Part shown: positions 57,821 through 64,000 of the stretch, in pieces
Layout of the letters: every line of letters starts with the position of its first letter
How positions within the stretch are numbered: position 1 is the stretch's first letter
Origin: Vulcanimicrobiota bacterium
GTDB lineage: Bacteria > Vulcanimicrobiota > Vulcanimicrobiia > Vulcanimicrobiales > Vulcanimicrobiaceae
DNA: 64,000 bases
Direction of reading: 5' to 3'
Assembly: GCA_963833845.1 (NCBI GenBank)
Contig: CAWHZL010000004.1
Span: forward strand, 1,521-65,520
Translations under genes and position numbers: made by a program
Notes under the pieces: model-generated
Told to the model about the DNA's origin: nothing
Database searches by the model: none
The model's input: only the letters and a program-made list of their open reading frames with translations

Positions 57821-59095
57821 TTACGCGTAGATTCCGCGCAGCAGCGAGGCCTTGACGACGCGATCGATCGCCAGCGTGTACGCCGCCGTGCGCAGCGTCG
57901 CGTGGCGCGAGTTCGCAATCGCCCGGATCGCGTGCAGGTTCGAGAGGAGGAAATCCTCGAGCTTTTCGTTGACCTCGGCTTCCTTCCAGAACCAGCCGGC
58001 ACGATCTTGAGCCCACTCGAAGTAGGAAACGGTAACACCGCCGGCGTTGGCCATGATGTCGGGGATGACGATGATGCCCTTTTCGCGGAAGATGCGGTCG
58101 CCTTCGGGCGTCGTCGGGCCGTTGGCGCCCTCTACGATGAGCTTCGCCTGCACTTTTGAGGCGGTCTCTGCGGTGAAGATCTTCTCCAGCGCGGCGGGAA
58201 CGAGCACGTCGCACGGCATCGCGAGCAGCTCGGCGTTCGTGATCTTCTCGCCACCCTTGAAGCCCTCGAGCGTTCCGTACTTTTGCGTGTGCTCCATCGC
58301 GCCGACGACGAAGATGCCGTCTTCGTTGTAGTAGGCGCCGGTGACGTCGGAGATGCCGACGACCCGGCAACCGCGATCCTCGAAGAGTTTGGCCGCGTAG
58401 CGGCCGACGTTGCCGAAGCCTTGAATCGCAATCGTCGCTTTATCCGGGCGCATGCCCATCTCGGCCATCTCGTCGAGCGCGCAGATCGTTACGCCGCGAC
58501 CCGTCGCTTCGACTCGTCCACGCGATCCGCCGATCTCCAGCGGCTTGCCGGTTACGACGCCGGGCATGTTCTGGCGCACGTGCATCGAGTAGGTATCCAT
58601 GAACCACGCCATCACTTGCGGCGTAGTATTGACGTCGGGAGCCGGCACGTCTTTATCGGGACCGACGACCTCGACGAGCTCGGCCGCGTAGCGGCGCGTG
58701 ATGCGCTCGAGCTCGTTCTGTGAGAGCGTCGCGGGATCGCAGGTGACGCCGCCTTTACCGCCGCCGAACGGAAGGTCGACCACCGCGCACTTCCACGTCA
58801 TCCAAAACGCGAGCGCCGTGACCTCGTCCAAGGTTACGCCCGGATGGTAGCGGATGCCGCCTTTTGCCGGGCCACGCGCGAAATTGTACTGCACGCGATA
58901 GCCGGTGTAGACTTCGAACTCGCCGGAGTCACGCTGGAATGGAATCGAGAAGATGATCTGCCGCGAAGGATGGGTGAGGATGCGGCGCATACCGCCGTCG
59001 AGTTCGAGCAGGTCGGCGGCTTCGTTGAAGTATGCGATCGCATCGCCGAAGACGGAAACGTCGCGCACCGAGGTCTCGCGCAGAGCAGTGGTCAT
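57821..59095 (-). CDS. gdhA: Glu/Leu/Phe/Val-family glutamate dehydrogenase
   Basis: KGGIRYHPGVTLDEV..WKCAVVDLPFGGGKGGV. Rossmann QGFGNVG. 424 aa. Confidence 0.93.
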   Translation of the reverse strand: MTTALRETSVRDVSVFGDAIAYFNEAADLLELDGGMRRILTHPSRQIIFSIPFQRDSGEFEVYTGYRVQYNFARGPAKGGIRYHPGVTLDEVTALAFWMTWKCAVVDLPFGGGKGGVTCDPATLSQNELERITRRYAAELVEVVGPDKDVPAPDVNTTPQVMAWFMDTYSMHVRQNMPGVVTGKPLEIGGSRGRVEATGRGVTICALDEMAEMGMRPDKATIAIQGFGNVGRYAAKLFEDRGCRVVGISDVTGAYYNEDGIFVVGAMEHTQKYGTLEGFKGGEKITNAELLAMPCDVLVPAALEKIFTAETASKVQAKLIVEGANGPTTPEGDRIFREKGIIVIPDIMANAGGVTVSYFEWAQDRAGWFWKEAEVNEKLEDFLLSNLHAIRAIANSRHATLRTAAYTLAIDRVVKASLLRGIYA

Positions 59096-59142
59096 ACTTT
59101 ACCTTTCATATTTGCGCTCCCGAGCCCCTTGCGCGAATGCGC

Positions 59143-60237
59143 CTACACGTTGAATCGAAAGTTCACGACGTCGCCCTCTTGCATGACGTACTCCCGGCCC
59201 TCGCTGCGGAGGCGGCCGGCGGCGCGCAGCGCCTCCATCGTCTGGTACGCCACGTAGTCGTCGTACGAGACGATCTCGGCCCGGATGAAGCCTCGCTCGA
59301 TGTCGCTGTGAATCGTTCCGGCGGCAAGAGGCGCCTTCGTCCCCTTGCGAATCGGCCAGGCTCGCGCCTCCTTCTCTCCGGCCGTCAGGAACGTCATGAG
59401 GCCGAGCAGCTCGTAAGTCTGGGCAGCGAGCTCGTCCAGGCCGCTGCGCTCGATGCCCAGCTCGTCCCGGAACTCCGCTGCCTCGGCCTCCGAAAGCCCG
59501 GCAAGCTCGGCCTCGACCTTGCCGCTGAGGACGACGGTCCGGCCGCCTTCCTCGCGCGCGATCGCCCGAACGATCTCGACGTTGGGCGAATCCAGCCCGA
59601 TTTGGCCCTCCTCGACGTTGGCCACAAAGAGCACCGGCTTGGAGGTCAGCAGGAATGAATCGGCCGCGACCTGCGCTTCGAGCGAGTCGGAGCCGAAGGA
59701 ACGGGCCGGGCGGGCCTCCTCCAGAGCCGCCGTGAGGCGCTGGGCGGCCGCGAGATACTCGCGCAGCTTCGGGTCGGCGCGCACGTCGCGCTCGATCTTG
59801 GAAAGCCGCTTGCGCATCGTAGCGAGGTCGGCGAGAGCCAATTCAATCCCGATGATTTCGCAGTCCCGCCGCGGATCGAGCGCGCCCTCGACGTGCGTGA
59901 TCTCGTCGTCCTCAAAGCAGCGCACGACCATCGCGATCGCGTTGGTCTCGCGAATGTGGCTCAAGAAGGCGTTGCCGAGCCCCTCGCCGGAGCTGGCGCC
60001 GCGCACCAAGCCGGCGATGTCGACGAAGCGTACGGTCGCCGGGACGACGCGTGCTGCGTTCGTGAGGCGTTGCAGGACTGCCAAGCGCGGATCCGGCGCT
60101 GCGACCTCTCCGACATTTGGCTCAATCGTCGCGAAAGGATAATTTGCCGCAAGGGCCTGGGCCGATCGCGTAAGCGCGTTAAAGATTGTGGATTTGCCGA
60201 CGTTGGGCAAGCCGACGATGCCGCAGGAGAGTGCCAT
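59143..60237 (-). CDS. ychF: redox-regulated ribosome-binding ATPase YchF
   Basis: Start at internal ATG (MALSCGIVGLPNVGKSTIFNALT). C-terminal ..HSDIERGFIRAEIV... 364 aa. Confidence 0.95.
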   Translation of the reverse strand: MALSCGIVGLPNVGKSTIFNALTRSAQALAANYPFATIEPNVGEVAAPDPRLAVLQRLTNAARVVPATVRFVDIAGLVRGASSGEGLGNAFLSHIRETNAIAMVVRCFEDDEITHVEGALDPRRDCEIIGIELALADLATMRKRLSKIERDVRADPKLREYLAAAQRLTAALEEARPARSFGSDSLEAQVAADSFLLTSKPVLFVANVEEGQIGLDSPNVEIVRAIAREEGGRTVVLSGKVEAELAGLSEAEAAEFRDELGIERSGLDELAAQTYELLGLMTFLTAGEKEARAWPIRKGTKAPLAAGTIHSDIERGFIRAEIVSYDDYVAYQTMEALRAAGRLRSEGREYVMQEGDVVNFRFNV

Positions 60238-60299
60238 ACTCGAGGCCGCGGGTTCGCTGGCCGGCAAGAAATTCCGTCGGAAGTGTCGGATAGGTCGAC

Positions 60300-60777
60300 A
60301 TGCGCCAAATGAAGGTCGACAAGCTCGGAATCGACCTCCTCACCCACGACCCGGTTGTCATCCTCAAGGACATGGACGGCTCTCACTACCTCCCGATACT
60401 GATCGGCCCGTTTGAAGCGACGGCGATCGCGCTGGCACTGGAAGGCGCACCGGTGCCCCGACCGCTCTCACACGACCTGATGCGCAACATCCTCGAAGGG
60501 CTCAACGCGAATCTCGAGCAGGTCGTCATACACGACATCAAAGAGTTCGACGTTCTTCGCCAAACTCGTCGTTCGCACCAACGGCGAACTGCAGGAGATC
60601 GACGCGCGCCCCTCCGACGGGATCGCGCTGGCATTGCGCGTCCCCGCTCCGATCTTCGTCTCCGACAAGATCGTCCTCGAAGAAGCGACGTCGGAGAAAC
60701 GAACCGTCAACGAAACCGAACTCGCACGCTTTAAGAAATTCCTCGAAGACCTCAAGCCGTCCGACTTCAACCGCTAG
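60300..60777 (+). pseudogene. bifunctional nuclease (BFN/DUF151) family protein; frame broken by a 1-nt insertion
   Basis: MRQMKVDKLGIDLLTHDPVVILKD..LPILIGPFEATAIALAL..RPLSHDLM..VVIHDIK (frame 0), then ..TFFAKLVVRTNGELQEIDARPSDGIALALRVPAPIFV..FNR* (frame +1, stop 60775..60777). Confidence 0.8.
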
Positions 60778-60871
60778 CGCCGAGACCGCCTGTTGAAAAG
60801 CCACACCACCAGCAACAGAGATGAGATCGCGACGAGAAGCGCGGTAAATGCCATGGCGATCGGCCGCAGCG

Positions 60872-62068
60872 CTACAGCTCGAACGTTCTCCAGTCGTACG
60901 GGCTGAAGCCGTTGGCCGTATCTTCCCAGCCGATACGATAGGCGTTGTAGATGCCCATCGTGTCGTCGAAGCCGACGACGCCGACCGGCAGCACCTTCTT
61001 CGGGCGGATGTAGCGAAGGCTGGTGGCCGGAACGTTCTCGATGAACGATTCCAGGAGAGGGCTATTCTGCGTCGCCGTATCGCGTTGCGCGGTCGACAGC
61101 CGATCGAATGCGTTCTTGCCGAGTGACTGGAAGTACGAGGTGCGCATCTCCATCTCGAAGATCTTGCGTTGCATCGTTCCATAGGCGGCAAATGCGATCT
61201 CGACTGCGTCGTCGTAGCCTTCTTCGGGCTCGAACGGAGGATCGAGTAAGACGATGTCCGCGCCTTTGGCCAACGCGTGCGCGATGCCGACGGGCGAGTT
61301 GCTGGCAACGCCGCCGTCGCAGTACATGTTCATCGCCCCGTCCGGTCCCGGCATCATGATAGGATCGAACGCGATTGGAATCGCGATCGAGGCGAAGATC
61401 GCGCGGTGCAAAATGTCCGGCGTCGCCTCCCGTACGACGGTCTGCTCTCCCAAGAGCACGTGCAGTGCGTGCGATACCTTCGCCGGGAGCTCCGGCTGGC
61501 CCTGAGGCCGGACGTAAAAGTATTCCGGACGCTGGTACGTCAAATTCGTTACCGCCCAGACCAGCGGCGCAACCAGCGGCGTCGCGGGATCGACGTGGCG
61601 CGAGATCCAGTCGAAGGCGGGTTCGGTCTGCAAAACGGCGCGTTGATTGCGCACGAGCCCGGCCAAACTAACGACCGAAGCGACTCGATTGAGTATGCCG
61701 CTCTCGGGATCTTGCAGCGACGCGTACTGCGGCTTTGGGCGAATGACGTTGTCGCGGCTGATAGTGAACCACAGCTCCTGCAACTTGGTGTACTGGCCGG
61801 CCGCGACCATCCACCCGTTGAGCGCACCGATGGACGTTCCGCAGACGACTTCGTAAGGCGACAGCGGCTGGCCGTCGCTCACGCGCTGCTGCGCGACGAG
61901 GGCTCCGACAATGCCGGCCTCGTAGGCTCCGCGCGCGCCGCCGCCGCTGAAGACGAGCGCGCGTTGAAGGGATCGTACCGGAGCTTCCACTTCCGGTGAG
62001 GCGCCCAGCAGCGGCGGCGCGACGGCCGAAGCTCCGGCAGCCAATAAGAAGCGGCGACGATCGATCAT
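60872..62068 (-). CDS. patatin-like phospholipase with twin-arginine signal
   Basis: MIDRRRFLLAAGASA (RRxFL). Oxyanion FSGGGARG. Nucleophile GTSIGA. Catalytic Asp motif CDGG (..MYCDGGVASN..). Confidence 0.88.
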   Translation of the reverse strand: MIDRRRFLLAAGASAVAPPLLGASPEVEAPVRSLQRALVFSGGGARGAYEAGIVGALVAQQRVSDGQPLSPYEVVCGTSIGALNGWMVAAGQYTKLQELWFTISRDNVIRPKPQYASLQDPESGILNRVASVVSLAGLVRNQRAVLQTEPAFDWISRHVDPATPLVAPLVWAVTNLTYQRPEYFYVRPQGQPELPAKVSHALHVLLGEQTVVREATPDILHRAIFASIAIPIAFDPIMMPGPDGAMNMYCDGGVASNSPVGIAHALAKGADIVLLDPPFEPEEGYDDAVEIAFAAYGTMQRKIFEMEMRTSYFQSLGKNAFDRLSTAQRDTATQNSPLLESFIENVPATSLRYIRPKKVLPVGVVGFDDTMGIYNAYRIGWEDTANGFSPYDWRTFEL

Positions 62069-62083
62069 GCGAGGGTCATTGGC

Positions 62084-63307
62084 TCAGAAGGCTCCGATTC
62101 CATTTGGCGTTCCCCAACCGGCCGGACCGCCATAATCGCGATACTCGCGCGTGCCTTCCGCACACAGATATGCCGGCTTGCACGAACCATTCTTCCCTTT
62201 GGTGATATGGTGCAGATCGCTCGATCCTTGGTGGCGCTTCTCCCAGAACGTCTCTCCGCCGGTCTGCGACGTGGCGTTGCCGGCGAGCCCGAAGATTCCG
62301 GCGACGAACGGCGTGCTGGCGCTCGTGCCGCCGCCGATGAGCCAGCCCGCGTAACCGAACGTGTCGTAAAACGCCGGCCCCGTATTCGGATCGCCGACCG
62401 CAGCGATGTCGTTGGCAGTCCGGTAGGCGCAGCCGGGATCGCGCTGCCACGACGGCTTGGGCTCGTGCGAACAGCCGCTATTAGTTCCGGGCCACGCCGT
62501 CTCGACGAAGCCGCGTTTGCTTTTCCCTCCAGCGATCAGCGACGTTGCGCCCACGTCGACGACATTGGCGAACGCGCCGGGCGTTCCGACGCCGACGCCG
62601 TAGCCGTCGTCTCCGCTCGCCGCGAGATACGTCACGCCGCGTGCCTCGAAATACTTTCGCTTCAGGCCGCACGAAGTATAACAGCCGAAGCTATTGCTGA
62701 TGATGTGGGCCCCCAGCGCCACCGCCGCCGTTTCGGCGGCGCCGAGATCCGCCGAAGCCGAGGTGTTCGCCTCGACGAGCACGATCGAACACTTCGGGCA
62801 GCTCGCCGCGACCATCGCGACGTCGAGATCTTCTTCGGCGCCCCACTGCGTATTGGCGATCGGGTAGGCGCCGAGTTGTCCGAGCTGATTGAATTTGGCG
62901 AAGTTTGCCGGCGGCAATCCGAAATACGTTCGGTAGAAGGCAAGGTCGGACTCGACTTTGGGATTGTCGTAGGCGTTGACGATCGCGACGAGCTGGCCGT
63001 CGCCCCCGGTAGCCGAAACGAGGTTGTATGCCTGGCGCAACTGCGCCGGCGTAAAGCCGCCGTTCGGCCCCGTGCCTCCGTCGGGCACGCTCTGCGGGCC
63101 GTCGCGGATCAACAGCAGGCACTGCGCCTCATCCGGTCTGCGATCGGGACACGCCGCGCTCACGTTCGGCCCCCACAGGCGCGTGCGAGCGCCCGCAGTC
63201 GTTGCAGCAAGGGGGGAGGCTCCGAAAGGGCTGAGGGAACCACTCTGCGGGCCGCAGCCGCCGGCGAGCACGAGCGCGAATGCACCAACGAACTTCACAG
63301 CGTTCAA
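62084..63307 (-). CDS. S53 (sedolisin-like) serine peptidase lipoprotein, paralog of 28897..30105
   Basis: AAAGGAAC RBS plus TTG 63305..63307 (MNAVKFVGAFALVLAGGC). TPAQLRQAYNL, IVNAYD, EEDLD, SGDDG, GGTSASTP. Shared C-terminus GPAGWGTPNGIGAF. Confidence 0.75.
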   Translation of the reverse strand: MNAVKFVGAFALVLAGGCGPQSGSLSPFGASPLAATTAGARTRLWGPNVSAACPDRRPDEAQCLLLIRDGPQSVPDGGTGPNGGFTPAQLRQAYNLVSATGGDGQLVAIVNAYDNPKVESDLAFYRTYFGLPPANFAKFNQLGQLGAYPIANTQWGAEEDLDVAMVAASCPKCSIVLVEANTSASADLGAAETAAVALGAHIISNSFGCYTSCGLKRKYFEARGVTYLAASGDDGYGVGVGTPGAFANVVDVGATSLIAGGKSKRGFVETAWPGTNSGCSHEPKPSWQRDPGCAYRTANDIAAVGDPNTGPAFYDTFGYAGWLIGGGTSASTPFVAGIFGLAGNATSQTGGETFWEKRHQGSSDLHHITKGKNGSCKPAYLCAEGTREYRDYGGPAGWGTPNGIGAF

Positions 63308-63471
63308 AACGTTGGTTCCTTTTTCCGAGAAGCGTGCGAAGCGGCGAGCCGGTCGTGAAACATCGCCGCAGGCTGGGCTATAGTAAACGATGTTGACAAT
63401 GAAATTCCTTCGCGAGCCCGAGTCTGATTGGCCCGGCATGAGTGCCGAGGCGGGGATAGAACAAGGCGCGC

Positions 63472-64000
63472 ATGAGTGACGGTTTGCACGCCGAGATCGG
63501 CGTTTTTGGCGGGTCCGGCTTCTATTCGCTGATCGAAAACGCGCACGAATCCTGGGTCGAGACGCCGTTCGGCGCGCCAAGCGACCGGGTCGCGCTCGGC
63601 GAGATCGCGGGAAGGCGCGTCGCGTTCCTGCCGCGCCACGGGAAAGACCACCGCTTTCCGCCCCAGGCGATCAACTACCGCGCGAATATGTTCGCGATGA
63701 AGGAGCTGGGCGTGAAATGGATCATCGGACCGACCGCCTGCGGCTCGCTGCTCGAAAGCGTCAAGCCCGGGTCGATGGTGGTGGCCGATCAGCTCATCGA
63801 TCGCACGAACGGCCGCAAGGATACGTTCTACGACGGCCCGATCACGACGCACGTTAGCTTTGCCGATCCGTACTGCCCGACGCTGCGGCCAATCGCGATC
63901 GACTCGCTGCGCTCGCTCGACATCGAAACGCACGAACGCGGCACGGTCGTCGTTATCCAAGGACCGCGCTTCTCGACGCGCAGCGAGTCGAAGTGGTTTC
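63472..64000 (+). CDS. mtnP: S-methyl-5'-thioadenosine phosphorylase (3' partial; runs off the window)
   Basis: MSDGLHAEIGVFGGSGFYSL..AFLPRHGKDHRFPPQAINYRANMFAMKELGV..VVIQGPRFSTRSES. Confidence 0.9.
   Translation, partial: MSDGLHAEIGVFGGSGFYSLIENAHESWVETPFGAPSDRVALGEIAGRRVAFLPRHGKDHRFPPQAINYRANMFAMKELGVKWIIGPTACGSLLESVKPGSMVVADQLIDRTNGRKDTFYDGPITTHVSFADPYCPTLRPIAIDSLRSLDIETHERGTVVVIQGPRFSTRSESKWF

Noticed and set aside
57376-57855. 159-aa + strand ORF between hipB and gdhA.
   Set aside because: It is a mixture of an off-frame reading of the FUSC 3' fragment and the antisense of the DUF2283-like gene and repeat E3. Its composition is Arg-rich.
300-60560. Programmed +1 ribosomal frameshifting or transcriptional slippage as the explanation for the frame breaks.
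   Set aside because: There is no shared slippery heptamer, no in-frame stop at the shift site, no upstream SD-like stimulator, and no long A/T run (runs are only 2-4 nt). The affected genes are unrelated. Indel error or decay is simpler.
63308-63471. TTGACA and TATAGT hexamers between the S53 gene and mtnP as a divergent promoter pair.
   Set aside because: In neither orientation do the hexamers pair up at 16-18 nt spacing with a partner box, so this is not supportable.

Overview
GC-rich bacterial chromosomal segment with about 60 tightly packed genes; many neighbours share 4-nt start/stop overlaps. I saw no rRNA, tRNA, CRISPR array, transposase or integrase.

Gene content is mostly housekeeping:
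- secA.
- An envelope block: NodB deacetylase, LCP, rimO, yajQ, rodZ-like.
- mnmA.
- A futalosine-type menaquinone block (mqnE-like, mqnA, mqnC-like) followed by a PAP2 phosphatase and ftsK.
- rnj, htrA, and dnaK-grpE-dnaJ.
- scoAB plus an acyl-CoA dehydrogenase.
- An HTH/NB-ARC/TPR STAND regulator.
- mutY, nth and a DPP-IV-like peptidase.
- lpdA-lipB-lipA.
- An orphan RND pump followed by a secreted protein, an SGNH hydrolase and a FUSC exporter.
- gdhA, ychF, a Tat-signal patatin, and mtnP (3' partial).
- Many lipoproteins, including a beta-propeller family and two prodomain-less S53-like peptidases.

Most noteworthy observations:
1. A roughly 2.5-3 kb accessory islet lies at 54.86-57.8 kb. 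It carries a DUF4160/DUF2442 pair and hipBA, and is inserted at the 3' end of the FUSC gene. The displaced old 3' end is still present. Both modules have near-consensus promoters with palindromic operators positioned for leaderless mRNAs.
2. A GTCAYYCTGAGCGA... hairpin repeat family has three full copies plus one head-only copy. Two copies bracket the islet, and two provide the stop codons of genes.
3. At least seven single-base insertions break reading frames: rnj C-terminus, DPP-IV-like peptidase, nth, lipB, a bifunctional-nuclease gene, a Cys-rich gene and a lipoprotein remnant. These are either uncorrected assembly indels or real gene decay.

I cannot point to a clearly novel multi-gene system. 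Lineage cannot be assigned from the sequence alone.
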